Positions 40,742-50,598 of a DNA stretch of 64,000 nt are shown piece by piece. Position 1 is the stretch's first letter, and every line of letters begins with the position of its first letter. The notes beneath the pieces were generated by a model. The model was not told where the DNA came from. It searched no databases and saw only the letters and a program-made list of their open reading frames with translations. Source of the DNA: a virus; the IMG/VR virus record IMGVR_UViG_3300030116_007754, positions 5,052 to 69,051 of that record, one strand, 5' to 3'. Position numbers and translations under genes: made by a program.

Positions 40742-40891
40742 TTATTTTAATTTAATATCACATTTACCTAAACATTCAATATGATCGTGATTAGGTAAGT
40801 CTTTGTATTCGTCATTGGACATTAATGATGAGCAACTAGATAATATAAGTGCTAGTGCTGTAAGTAATCCTAATAAAAATCCTTTAATCAT
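40742..40891 (-). CDS. Small predicted lipoprotein
   Basis: Not in ORF track. 49 aa MIKGFLLGLLTALALILSSCSSLMSNDEYKDLPNHDHIECLGKCDIKLK; lipobox LSSC; RBS AGGAG; CATAAATA late-like box at 40908-40915. Confidence 0.65.
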   Translation of the reverse strand: MIKGFLLGLLTALALILSSCSSLMSNDEYKDLPNHDHIECLGKCDIKLK

Positions 40892-40917
40892 TTTTTCTCC
40901 TTTCTGTTATTTATGTG

Positions 40918-41208
40918 TTAACCGGCAAAAACGTTAGTACTACCTTGAGCAATAGAAGTACATTTCACTAATCCATCACCTACTCTTCCAGCTCCTCTGC
41001 CGTTAATAAAAACTGAACTTGATCCAGATTTAACTGCACCAACGTGTGGTGGACATTTATCTCCTTTTGGAAATACATGAACTGTGTTTATATCTCCTTT
41101 CCTTACAGCAGGCCTTGTATTAACAAAAACATCTGAAGACCCTGTAGCTCTAACCATACCACTACAATGTGGTACATCTAAATCTCCTATTCTTGATATT
41201 GCTGGCAT
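40918..41208 (-). CDS. PAAR spike-tip protein (T4 gp5.4-like)
   Basis: MPAISRIGD..GSSDVFVN.RPAVR.GD..H..CPPH..GSSSVFING..GRVGD..GSTNVFAG. Confidence 0.9.
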   Translation of the reverse strand: MPAISRIGDLDVPHCSGMVRATGSSDVFVNTRPAVRKGDINTVHVFPKGDKCPPHVGAVKSGSSSVFINGRGAGRVGDGLVKCTSIAQGSTNVFAG

Positions 41209-41217
41209 TTTATTCTC

Positions 41218-41757
41218 CTATGCTGTGTTACTAAAAAATGGTCTATTTTCATAATATTGTTGAACAAAAACTCTCATTCTTTCAAAATCATTTATAATAT
41301 CTTGTTCAACTACAAATACAAAACTATTAGAATATGCTAGTGATGCATTGCCACTTGGAGCAGTATTTGTATAATTAACAGTTACTTTATATTCTTTTGT
41401 AACTTTTTCTCTTAAATCTTGAACCAAATCAAAAAAATCTTGGTCTCTTGGTAAAAGGGTAGTGCCTACAATTGACTTAGCACTTTCATAATTTGTACTT
41501 CTTCCTCTATTTACATATTGAAAAATATCTGTAAAAGGAGTTACATATACTCCATTAGCTTGACATTGATTAGATGATAAACCAAAGAAACCACTGTTTG
41601 CTAAAAATACTGACTTAGTATTAGCTGATATAACTTCGATAGTAGTGTTTGATATATTGATAGATCCATTTGCACCTGATGCAGTTATTACTTGTGAAAA
41701 AGTTACATCAGGAAATACATTTGGAAGTTTGTCTGGAGAGAGAACAACATCAGCCAT
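41218..41757 (-). CDS. Hypothetical baseplate-region protein
   Basis: ORF coupled between gp5 and PAAR. Confidence 0.5.
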   Translation of the reverse strand: MADVVLSPDKLPNVFPDVTFSQVITASGANGSINISNTTIEVISANTKSVFLANSGFFGLSSNQCQANGVYVTPFTDIFQYVNRGRSTNYESAKSIVGTTLLPRDQDFFDLVQDLREKVTKEYKVTVNYTNTAPSGNASLAYSNSFVFVVEQDIINDFERMRVFVQQYYENRPFFSNTA

Positions 41758-41969
41758 TATTTTTTCTCTCTTTTCATTAGTTCTTGAAATACTGTATTAA
41801 ATGAGTCATGATATTTATGAACTTCATCAGTGTGTGGTCCTTCTAACCAATCCGGTTGGAAAAGTATCATATTATCAAACTCAGGTGGTATATCTTTCCA
41901 ATTTGAATATGTTTTAACCTCAGTTCCAATTAAAACTTTATATGTTCCTTTCCCCTCAACAATAGACAT
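41757..41969 (-). CDS. Conserved small hypothetical protein
   Basis: DIPPEFDNMILFQP..GPHTDEVH motif seen near gp5 in T4-like phages. Confidence 0.55.
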   Translation of the reverse strand: MSIVEGKGTYKVLIGTEVKTYSNWKDIPPEFDNMILFQPDWLEGPHTDEVHKYHDSFNTVFQELMKREKK

Positions 41970-44189
41970 CTAAGTTCCATTCTTATCAGCAGCTCTTGCT
42001 ATTTCAAGGAAGTCTGCAATTCCTTCTCTAATATTACTTGGTGTGATTGGAGTTCCATCTGTTCTAGTCAATCCTGTTCTAAATACTTCAACTGTTTGTT
42101 TGTCACGAGTTGTAAATAAACCATCTGTTGTATTGATAGGCGATACTCTTTCTGTTGCAGCTTTAAGTGTATCTAGTGCTGTACCATTATTAGTAACTCC
42201 TTGAATAAGGTCAGGAGTATCTACACTTCTTATACTATTGAATACTCTATTTTCCAAATCAAATAATGTTTCTTGTTTTAAACCATCAACTGAAAGTAGT
42301 TGTTTAGAAGAAAAAGATTCTAAAAAACCTTCTTGACTTCCTATTGTTGCTTCAACAATATTATCCAATTCTAAAGCACTTGAAATTTTATCTGTGAGTT
42401 CCAAGTTTCCAAAACTAGGATCAGCTACAGATTTTAGTAAAGATTGTGCATTAAATAAACCTTGAACTGAAACATCAAACTGTTTATTTAATAAGTTTTG
42501 TGGTACTAAATTACTATCTCCAAGTAATGACTGTGTAACGCCACTTAATGTTTTACCTTCAAAAATATCTTTAGTAAAACCATTTAAGTCACTTGCTGGA
42601 TCAAAAACATCACCAATAGCTTTACTAATAGACTCAGCACCTACACTTCCTAAGATATTATTAACATTAAAATTACTAGTTAATTGATTTTGAAAATCTC
42701 CAATACTATCAAAAGTTTTATTAAGGTCTCCCGTAAGAGTGCTAGAAAGCTCACCTGGTAAATTACCTAAAAAATTACTTGGATCAATATTTGAAGCAGC
42801 AGCTCCTATCACAGAAGTAAGCGCTCCTTTGACTGGATTTAAGATATCTGCTCCTCTAGTTAAAGTGGAGAAAGCTGTTTCTGTTAAATTTGAAACAGCG
42901 CTTGGTACAACTGACGACAATGTACTTTTTAACGCACCACCAAGATCAAAACCTTTTGATAGTGCACCTCCAATATCAAAACCTCCAACACTACCACCAG
43001 TAACTACACCTCCTAAGGCTCCACCAAAAGATGTTAAAGATCTGCCAGCACCTTTCATAAAATCAGCTGTTCCAGGTATGAAACCAGTTCCGTCACCTAA
43101 TTCACTTAATGCATCAACACTAACAACATCTCCTAAATTACCAAGACTTTCCATTAAACTTCCACCAAGATTACTAAGAAGATTTCCAGCAGCAAAACCA
43201 GCTAACCCACCAACTAAGCCTCCAAATAGACCACCCTCACCTTTGTTTAAATCTATTCTAGCTCCTAACATATCCATGTTGCCACCAGCTTTCATGTTAG
43301 CATCACCACCAGTTGTTAATTCTAAATCTTCTCCAATTTGTTCAGTTAAATTTCCACCAATAATTTCTTTTTTGTATCCACCAACGTAGATATCCCAGTC
43401 ACCTTCTATATGAGTATGACAGTTACCATCAACAGTTAAGTTAGCATCACCTTTTACATATATTGAATTCTTACCTAAAATAATTTCAAAGTTATCACCA
43501 ACTATTCTTTGATGATGATTACCAACTGCATTATATTCAGAAAAACTTCCTGATGGATGATAGTGATGTATTCTTTCATTACCTGGTGTGTTGTCATATT
43601 CCCTGATTACTCCACCCGATCCTTCATAAACATCATTCTTAGGATACTCTGCACTATATGCAGATGAAGGTTCATCCCAAGTTGTTCCTTTGTTAGCTAT
43701 CTTAACACCAGTTTTTTTAGATTCATCTTTAGTTTTAACATTTGGATGTTTATACTCTTCTTTTTCATCATTTCTAGCTAACCTATTTGTATCTGGTTGT
43801 TGTGGGAGTGTTGGATATGTTCCATCTGGATCATTAAAACCAAGTTTTGGATTTGCATCTGACATTGGTATACCTGGAATTGTTCCCATAACCATTGGAC
43901 GTTGTCCATGTTTTCCATCTAAGAAAAATCCTACTACCCAACTACCATTTTGTATACCTGTAGGTGATTGTCCAACACCTGAATTACTTGAACTATTTAC
44001 TGGCATCATAACTTGAGCCCAAGGTAAGTCGTCTGTTGGAACTAAATTTTTATCTTCTGAATGCCATTCTAAACATCTTACCTTAATACGTCCTGCTTTA
44101 AGTGGATCATTGTTATCTTCAACAACTCCCATCCACCATACGAATCCATTAAAACCAAGATATTCATTATTGTAAGTATTGCTTGACAT
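41970..44189 (-). CDS. gp5: Baseplate hub/needle protein (T4 gp5-like, no lysozyme domain) with long C-terminal extension
   Basis: WWMGVVED..DP..GRIKVR..LPWA..VVGFFLDG (OB fold), YP.N.V..EYDNTPGNERIH.YH.SG, beta-helix repeats ending GARIDLN, then about 420 extra residues. Confidence 0.88.
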   Translation of the reverse strand: MSSNTYNNEYLGFNGFVWWMGVVEDNNDPLKAGRIKVRCLEWHSEDKNLVPTDDLPWAQVMMPVNSSSNSGVGQSPTGIQNGSWVVGFFLDGKHGQRPMVMGTIPGIPMSDANPKLGFNDPDGTYPTLPQQPDTNRLARNDEKEEYKHPNVKTKDESKKTGVKIANKGTTWDEPSSAYSAEYPKNDVYEGSGGVIREYDNTPGNERIHHYHPSGSFSEYNAVGNHHQRIVGDNFEIILGKNSIYVKGDANLTVDGNCHTHIEGDWDIYVGGYKKEIIGGNLTEQIGEDLELTTGGDANMKAGGNMDMLGARIDLNKGEGGLFGGLVGGLAGFAAGNLLSNLGGSLMESLGNLGDVVSVDALSELGDGTGFIPGTADFMKGAGRSLTSFGGALGGVVTGGSVGGFDIGGALSKGFDLGGALKSTLSSVVPSAVSNLTETAFSTLTRGADILNPVKGALTSVIGAAASNIDPSNFLGNLPGELSSTLTGDLNKTFDSIGDFQNQLTSNFNVNNILGSVGAESISKAIGDVFDPASDLNGFTKDIFEGKTLSGVTQSLLGDSNLVPQNLLNKQFDVSVQGLFNAQSLLKSVADPSFGNLELTDKISSALELDNIVEATIGSQEGFLESFSSKQLLSVDGLKQETLFDLENRVFNSIRSVDTPDLIQGVTNNGTALDTLKAATERVSPINTTDGLFTTRDKQTVEVFRTGLTRTDGTPITPSNIREGIADFLEIARAADKNGT

Positions 44190-45709
44190 TATTGCATATC
44201 TCCTTTAGATTTTGCATAGACCTTTTCAGGTTTTTGTGCATATGAATCTTTCATTAATTCTAATCCTGTTTGGTAGTTTTGTGTTTCATTATCATAATTT
44301 TGTCTTACAGCAGTAACTAAAAATCTTGGTGTAAATCTTTTATCTTCTTCACTTTGACCAAAAAATAAATTAAAATTAAATTTATTACTTTCTGTAGAAG
44401 TTGTTTGAGGAACATAAATTTCAACCATATCACCAGGTTTTATAACACTATTGCCAGGAATAAGAGCATCTAATATTATTGCATCCATTGTTGCTCTTTC
44501 AGCTATTCTTAATCCAAGTTTTCTTTGTTTGATTTGTGGATTACTTACTAATGGATCTTTGGATATTAAAGTTTGTTTGTCAACTTCATTGATATATGGA
44601 TGATCCATATAACTACTAACATCACCATGTGCAATCCCATTACTAAATTGACCTGGTCTTGGAGAAAAGGCTGGTGGTATTGATGTATTTAAACTTGTAG
44701 TATTCAACTCAGCTGCAAAATATCTAGTATGAGTTGAGCTATCAACAAATCTGTATTGACTTTCTTCAGTAATAACTCTACCTCCAAATTCATGAATTTT
44801 ATTTAATAATCCAAATTCATTATAGTATATAAAGGTTCTAGAGTCAAATTTTTTTGTTAATGGATCAACAACTGCTATTCTATTTCTAAATAAACCAGTT
44901 CCTAAATCTTGAATCCTATCAAATGATTTTTTAGCTTTAAGTTCTGTTATGATCTGTGATTCTCCAAACTCTGCTTCATCTTTAACAAATGCTTGATCAC
45001 CAAGTAAGAATTTTTGACTAGTATCTTGATCCTTCAACTCTTTCATAGTAGTAAAATGAAATCCATTATAATCTTCAAAAAACACATAATCTGAATTATT
45101 ATTTTTAACAGGATGTCTACATTCATCCATTAGATATTTGATACATTCAAAAGGTGTTATTCCAGGAGGTATAAAACTTGTTGTAGATTCAGATTCAACT
45201 ATACTATCTTTATTCAGACCATATAAGATTTTTGCTCCAAGTATAGAAGCACCATCTGCTCCACCTGTAGCTCTAAAACCATTAGCAAACGCATCTTGTA
45301 TAGCATCAGAAGTTTTTCTACCTTTAAAACTTTTATCTATACTTCTCATTTCATTAAAAATAGAATATTCACTTATACCATGAATAAGATAGTTCTCTTG
45401 TCTTTGAGCTCCTTCTACTCTTTTACCAATCTTATAAATCTTAAATGATCTTGAAACAATTTTATCTGAAGTACTAGATCTGTAAGTAATAATAATATGC
45501 TCATCACCAACAAGAGGTAATCTTTGTGTAAAACCAACAGCATCTGAAATAATTATATCACAACTATTTGTCATTGAAAAAAGATTTTCGTAAATATTCA
45601 TAGCACTAACAACAGGTGTTACCTCTGTCAATTCACCAAAAAAGTTTCTAAGGTAAACTTTATAATCTATTATCTGTTGTGGATTTTTTTTGGATTCTGG
45701 TTCAGCCAT
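44189..45709 (-). CDS. Baseplate hub protein (gp27-like)
   Basis: Synteny gp53-X-gp5; MNIYENLF..LPLVGDE..YVFFED..GFHF..IPGNS...PGD motifs. Confidence 0.65.
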   Translation of the reverse strand: MAEPESKKNPQQIIDYKVYLRNFFGELTEVTPVVSAMNIYENLFSMTNSCDIIISDAVGFTQRLPLVGDEHIIITYRSSTSDKIVSRSFKIYKIGKRVEGAQRQENYLIHGISEYSIFNEMRSIDKSFKGRKTSDAIQDAFANGFRATGGADGASILGAKILYGLNKDSIVESESTTSFIPPGITPFECIKYLMDECRHPVKNNNSDYVFFEDYNGFHFTTMKELKDQDTSQKFLLGDQAFVKDEAEFGESQIITELKAKKSFDRIQDLGTGLFRNRIAVVDPLTKKFDSRTFIYYNEFGLLNKIHEFGGRVITEESQYRFVDSSTHTRYFAAELNTTSLNTSIPPAFSPRPGQFSNGIAHGDVSSYMDHPYINEVDKQTLISKDPLVSNPQIKQRKLGLRIAERATMDAIILDALIPGNSVIKPGDMVEIYVPQTTSTESNKFNFNLFFGQSEEDKRFTPRFLVTAVRQNYDNETQNYQTGLELMKDSYAQKPEKVYAKSKGDMQ

Positions 45710-45710
45710 T

Positions 45711-46286
45711 TTAATCTAAGTCACTAAAAATAAGATCAACCTCTCTTACTAATGTAGAAACAAATTGTTTATCTAGTATTTTAATTTTTCTTTTTTCAGC
45801 ATTTTGTTCAAAATAATAGTCATATGCAGTAATCTGTTCTCTATCTGTGGCTACTAAACTATTATATGTGTTTTCATCAACAACAACAGTTCTTTTAGGA
45901 ACAATCTTTCCATCAAATCTTACTGATTGGTTATTAATAATTTTTCTATATTCATATATTGTAGTTTTAGCTTTAGCAGTACTTCCATACAATGTTCTCA
46001 TATAACTATCAAAACTTTCATCATTTAATGGCCAATCATAATATGGATCAACTATATCATTTACTAAAAATATAATCCAATCTAGAGTTGGATCATCATA
46101 ATATTTTGAAGCAATTATATCTGGTCTATCACTATCTTTAACTACATAGTCGAAATAAATTGCAGTTCTATTTTTTATTATATCTCTTACTTTAAACCTT
46201 AATGTGATATTAGTCAACAGTTCGAAGTTTTTATTTTTTTTGAGACTATAGTTTACTTGAGGAAAAGATCTAAACAAATAAGGCAT
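45711..46286 (-). CDS. gp53: Baseplate wedge component (T4 gp53)
   Basis: YVVKDSDRPDIIASKYYDD..WIIFLVNDIVDPYYDWPL..NAEKRKIKIL. Confidence 0.92.
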   Translation of the reverse strand: MPYLFRSFPQVNYSLKKNKNFELLTNITLRFKVRDIIKNRTAIYFDYVVKDSDRPDIIASKYYDDPTLDWIIFLVNDIVDPYYDWPLNDESFDSYMRTLYGSTAKAKTTIYEYRKIINNQSVRFDGKIVPKRTVVVDENTYNSLVATDREQITAYDYYFEQNAEKRKIKILDKQFVSTLVREVDLIFSDLD

Positions 46287-47374
46287 TACATACCATCCTC
46301 AATATCACGTTTAGTAAGAATTTTAGTTTCTGTAAATGTAAGATCTAATTTAACTGCTGCAGGTGCTTTCTGCGAATTTCCTTTTCCTCCTGTATCGTAA
46401 TATAGTGGTGTTCCTTCACCATGATACTCAACATTCATATTTGTTAATACTAAACTTCTTGTTCTAAATAAAAATCCGTCTTTCTTAAATCTTATACCCA
46501 TTTGTTCTGGATAATTAAAAAAATGTTCTTTATTAGTTTTTTCTGGATGAGAATGAAACTTTAACTTATGAATTATCTCATTAATAATTAAACTTTCTCT
46601 TTGATTTTTAGGTTTAAGATCAAATGAGAATTGAAAGTTTCTAAAGTTTGGAGCTTCAAATAAAACAGCCATATGAGGATTTCTAGCTATACCAGCAGCT
46701 GCAGTTGCTCCTTGAACTACTTTACTTAATGAATCTCCAACTACTGCACCAGCTATTCCACTTATCTGTGCTCCAACTACTCCAGCAACATCATCAGATA
46801 TTCCTAAACCAAGTGCAGCAAGACCTTCTACTCCAACTCTTTTAGATACCTTGTCTAAAGCATTCAATAAAGTTTCTCCTGATGGTCTATTTCCTGCTGC
46901 TATATCTTTAGCAAGACCAGATACTTCAGCTGCAGCAGCAGCTCCAATTGGTCCTAACCCTTCTTGCTTGTAACCTTGAGCATAAGCAGTTTGTAATGAT
47001 GAAGGTAATGGAAGTTTGATGGTTAATAATTTTTCTCTATTTTTTTTTCTTTGTACACCAAGTGCAGCTTCAAATATTCTTTCTTTGAATATGTCTATAT
47101 TCATAAAATTTCCAACACTTTCAATCTTTTCTGGAAAGGAAAAGGTTTTAAGACCAGATGAGCCAGCACCTTCTTCTAATTCTTTTAAAGGACCAGATAC
47201 ATCTACATTATTTAAATCAATTCCAATAGCAGCTCCTGCTCTTCCTACAAGATCTTGAACAGTCATATCAAGATATCCAGATGCAGCTAGTTGACCTCTA
47301 ACATTTTCAATCTCATCAATTAATGGATTGGATCCATTAAAGTTAAAATTAGGAATTTTAGGAAATGCTACCAT
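46286..47374 (-). CDS. gp48: Baseplate tail-tube cap (T4 gp48-like)
   Basis: IKLPLP..NPHMAVLFEAPNFRNFQFSFDLKPKNQRES..LDLTFTETKILT. Confidence 0.8.
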   Translation of the reverse strand: MVAFPKIPNFNFNGSNPLIDEIENVRGQLAASGYLDMTVQDLVGRAGAAIGIDLNNVDVSGPLKELEEGAGSSGLKTFSFPEKIESVGNFMNIDIFKERIFEAALGVQRKKNREKLLTIKLPLPSSLQTAYAQGYKQEGLGPIGAAAAAEVSGLAKDIAAGNRPSGETLLNALDKVSKRVGVEGLAALGLGISDDVAGVVGAQISGIAGAVVGDSLSKVVQGATAAAGIARNPHMAVLFEAPNFRNFQFSFDLKPKNQRESLIINEIIHKLKFHSHPEKTNKEHFFNYPEQMGIRFKKDGFLFRTRSLVLTNMNVEYHGEGTPLYYDTGGKGNSQKAPAAVKLDLTFTETKILTKRDIEDGM

Positions 47375-47402
47375 TGACTTTTTACTTTCTTTAACGTATA
47401 AT
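47374..47402 (+). promoter_or_regulatory. Consensus sigma70 promoter TTGACT-N17-TATAAT for gp4 (probably leaderless)
   Basis: -35 at 47374-47379, -10 at 47397-47402, ATG at 47410 after a 7-nt gap, no SD. Confidence 0.7.
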
Positions 47403-47409
47403 TAGTAAT

Positions 47410-47862
47410 ATGATCTTTTCCAAGTATAAGGGTTTATTTAAACCTATAAACCCAAAAAAATATAAAGGTGATCCTACTAATATTATTTATCGTAGTTCGT
47501 GGGAAAAACAGTGCATGATATACTTTGATAACAAAGATGAAATATATCAATGGCAAAGTGAAGAGTTGTATATACCGTATAAACACCCAATTGATGGTAA
47601 ATATCATAGATATTATCCAGATTTCAAGATATGGAGTAGAACTAAAGAGGGAAAAGAAGAAGTTTCTATTATTGAAGTTAAACCTTACAAACAAACACAA
47701 GAACCAGCTGTACAAACAAGAAAGACTCGTAAGTATATTAATGAAGTTAAAACTTATGCAATAAATACTTATAAATGGAAATTTGCCAAACAATATTGTG
47801 AAGATAGAAACTGGCGATTCATTATTATAACAGAAAAAGAGTTAGGAATTAGAAGTTGGTAG
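47410..47862 (+). CDS. gp4: Head completion nuclease (T4 gp4)
   Basis: KYKGDPTNIIYRSSWE..WQSEE..IPY..HRYYPDF..IIEVKP.KQT..KWKFA. Confidence 0.93.
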   Translation: MIFSKYKGLFKPINPKKYKGDPTNIIYRSSWEKQCMIYFDNKDEIYQWQSEELYIPYKHPIDGKYHRYYPDFKIWSRTKEGKEEVSIIEVKPYKQTQEPAVQTRKTRKYINEVKTYAINTYKWKFAKQYCEDRNWRFIIITEKELGIRSW

Positions 47863-48479
47863 CTTACATATTTAATCAAATGCTTGATGAAGGTGTTAAA
47901 GCAGGAAAAGTTCCTGCTTTAACTAGAACTTCAAGAAATTGGTTTAGGGATCTTGCTAGAAATAAAAGATCAGTAACTCCTCAAAAAATTATTTCAACTG
48001 CTCCAAAAGCTCAATTGACAAGATTTCCTCAAATAGGTTTTATGTATCATTTTTTTTATAATCCTAAGACAAAAGATAAGTTACCATATTATGATACCTT
48101 TCCATTAATCTTTCCACTACAAAATGTATTTAATAGAAAAAGAGCTACTAGTGGTGGTAAGTTTTATGGAATTAATTTACATTATCTTCATCCAAGATTA
48201 AGAGCAAGATTAATGGATGCATTATATACTGTAACTACTGATCGTAATTATGATGAAGAGACTAGAATAAAAGCTGGGTTTAAACTACTAAATAGGGCTA
48301 GCAAGTTTAGATTTTTTAAACCATGTGTTAAGAGTTATTTGATGACTAATGTAAGAGGTAGACTTGTTAAGATTAATGCTAATGCTTGGGACTTAGCTTT
48401 ATTCTTACCAACAGAGAGATTTAGAAAGGCAACTAAACAAAAAGTGTTTAGAGAGAGTAGGAAACAGATCCGTGTTTAA
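47856..48479 (+). CDS. gp2: DNA end protector (T4 gp2)
   Basis: Y.PKTKDKLPYYDTFPL..GINLHYL..KPCVKSYL..ALFLPTERF. Confidence 0.9.
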   Translation: MVAYIFNQMLDEGVKAGKVPALTRTSRNWFRDLARNKRSVTPQKIISTAPKAQLTRFPQIGFMYHFFYNPKTKDKLPYYDTFPLIFPLQNVFNRKRATSGGKFYGINLHYLHPRLRARLMDALYTVTTDRNYDEETRIKAGFKLLNRASKFRFFKPCVKSYLMTNVRGRLVKINANAWDLALFLPTERFRKATKQKVFRESRKQIRV

Positions 48480-49428
48480 TATAGAAAACTTTTCAGCTTC
48501 AATTGGAAGAACAGGAGTAGCTAGAGCTTCTCACTTTATGTTTATTATTAATGTACCTTCAAATCAAAATAAATCATTATTAACACAGAATTTAATTGGA
48601 CAAACTTTTTTACAAGAAGTTAGAAAACTTGGAACTGCTTGGGAAAATTATGGAACTACTCATTTAGCATTTAGATGTGATAGAGTTAGTATGCCTGGTA
48701 GAATTGTTATTAGTTCACCATACAAAGAAGCTAACTATGGATTAATTAGAGAATATCCTACTAATGTAGTTTATCAACCAGTAGATGCCTCATTTATACT
48801 TTCTAAAAATTTACAAGAGAAAGTATTTTTTGAATTGTGGCAAGACCTTATAGTTGGTCACCACAGAACCAAAGGTGATGAAAATGATGCAGGTGAACAT
48901 ACTAAAGATTTAAATTATCTTTCTAATTTTACTACTAGTTGTACAATAATGCAGTTTGAAGAATTACCAAGATCAGAAGCAAGTGGATCTGGTGGAGATG
49001 CAACTGGATTGAATCCTATCTATTCTCAAGAGTTAGTTGAAGTTTATCCAAGAACTATTCAAGATATGCAAGCAGATTGGGGTTCACAAGAAATACAAAG
49101 ATTAAATGTAGTGTTTGATTACAAGTATTATAAAGATAAAATTCATTATGAAGTTGATAAAAGATTTGCTACTGATGGAAGAAGAAGATTTGGAAGAGCA
49201 ACTGTTAGAACTGGTATAGAGCAAGGAGCTGCTGTATTGGCTGGTCAAGTTGCAGCAAGATCTGGATTAACACAAAGACAACAAGCATTTTTAACTGGAG
49301 CTACTACAGCTGCTTTAAATATATTTAAGGTTGGTGGTAACTTAGCAGGTGGTGGTGGAGCAGTTAGTAGATCTAAAATTACCAGAGATATTATCAACCA
49401 AAACAAAGTTGACGTTTTTACAATTTAA
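48472..49428 (+). CDS. Tail-tube-like baseplate protein (gp54/gp19 family)
   Basis: FRCDRVSMPGR..FFELWQD..EVYPRTI..LNVVFDYKY; synteny gp2-X-gp26. Confidence 0.65.
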   Translation: MFNIENFSASIGRTGVARASHFMFIINVPSNQNKSLLTQNLIGQTFLQEVRKLGTAWENYGTTHLAFRCDRVSMPGRIVISSPYKEANYGLIREYPTNVVYQPVDASFILSKNLQEKVFFELWQDLIVGHHRTKGDENDAGEHTKDLNYLSNFTTSCTIMQFEELPRSEASGSGGDATGLNPIYSQELVEVYPRTIQDMQADWGSQEIQRLNVVFDYKYYKDKIHYEVDKRFATDGRRRFGRATVRTGIEQGAAVLAGQVAARSGLTQRQQAFLTGATTAALNIFKVGGNLAGGGGAVSRSKITRDIINQNKVDVFTI

Positions 49429-49455
49429 ACTTATATATAATAGTAGGATTTTATT

Positions 49456-50163
49456 ATGGCTTTACCAAATATTGTAACACCTGAATTTGAAACTAAACTT
49501 CCTTCAAATAATCAGACAGTTAAATTTAGACCATTCTTAGTCAAAGAAGAAAAAGTACTTCTTATGGCTGGTGAAGGAAAAGATCAAAAAGAAATTTTAG
49601 CAACAGTTATTAATATACTTCAAAATTGTATAGTTTCATCTAATGTTAATGTTTTAACTTTACCATTATTTGATATAGAATGGTTATTTTTACAACTAAG
49701 AGCAAAAAGCGTTGGAGAAGTTATTGAGTTAAGAATGAGACATATCCAAGATCCAGACTGTAAAGGTGAAACTGATATTCAGATTAATGTTGAAGATATA
49801 GAAGTTACAAAACATAAAGATCATAATACAGTTATTAATATTGATAGTAATATTGGCATTACTATGAAATATCCTTCTCTAGCTGAAGTTGGAAATAATT
49901 TAGAAAATGTTACTGCTGAACAAACATTTGAAATAATTGAGAAATGTGTTAAGAATGTATTCGATAGTAACAAAGTTTATAATGATTTTACACCTAATGA
50001 ATTGAAAGAATTTATTGGTAAATTAGATCAAAAACAATTTAAAAAGATTATAGAATTTTTTAATACTTTTCCCAAACTTGAACACAAGGTCAAGTATAAA
50101 TGTGCCAAATGTGGCAAAGAAGTTGAATATACATTAACAGGGTTGATGGATTTTTTTTTATAA
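49456..50163 (+). CDS. gp26: Baseplate hub subunit (T4 gp26)
   Basis: MALP..KFRPFLVKEEKVLLMA..FDIEWLFLQLRAKSVGE..CAKC..GLMDFF. Confidence 0.9.
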   Translation: MALPNIVTPEFETKLPSNNQTVKFRPFLVKEEKVLLMAGEGKDQKEILATVINILQNCIVSSNVNVLTLPLFDIEWLFLQLRAKSVGEVIELRMRHIQDPDCKGETDIQINVEDIEVTKHKDHNTVINIDSNIGITMKYPSLAEVGNNLENVTAEQTFEIIEKCVKNVFDSNKVYNDFTPNELKEFIGKLDQKQFKKIIEFFNTFPKLEHKVKYKCAKCGKEVEYTLTGLMDFFL

Positions 50164-50165
50164 GC

Positions 50166-50366
50166 ATGTCCCATGACACGCTAAAAAACTATTACACAAC
50201 TAACTTTGCACTGATCCAACACCATAAATATTCATTAGAAGAGCTTGAAAATATGATTCGCTTTGAAAGAGACATTTATATTTCTTTATTAGCAGAACAT
50301 ATTGAAAAAGAAAATGAAAAAATAAGGCAACAAAATGCCAAAAGTCAAATGAGGAAACATGGATAA
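50166..50366 (+). CDS. gp51: Baseplate hub assembly catalyst (T4 gp51)
   Basis: NYYTTNFALIQHHKYSLEELENMI.FERDIY. Confidence 0.88.
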   Translation: MSHDTLKNYYTTNFALIQHHKYSLEELENMIRFERDIYISLLAEHIEKENEKIRQQNAKSQMRKHG

Positions 50367-50598
50367 AAATAGATTTGATTGGTTAATAGATTTAGCAAAA
50401 GCAGTTGACTCTTGGAGAATCTTTCCGAGAATATTCATAACAGTGTATATTGTATTACTATACCAAGTAGTACATTGGTTTATGAGTTTAAGTGATCCAA
50501 ATACTCAACAAGCTGGATTAGTAAGTATTGTTGTAGGTGCTGGTGCAGCATGGTTTGGATTGTATACTGGATCAAGTAAGAAGTTCGATAAAAAATGA
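50359..50598 (+). CDS. Small two-TM membrane protein (holin-like candidate)
   Basis: DSWRIFPR followed by two hydrophobic helices. Confidence 0.5.
   Translation: MDKNRFDWLIDLAKAVDSWRIFPRIFITVYIVLLYQVVHWFMSLSDPNTQQAGLVSIVVGAGAAWFGLYTGSSKKFDKK

Noticed and set aside
42739-44016. Plus-strand ORFs of 216 aa and 108 aa
   Set aside because: Antisense shadows of Gly-rich gp5 codons; the same applies to the many short opposite-strand ORFs inside structural genes
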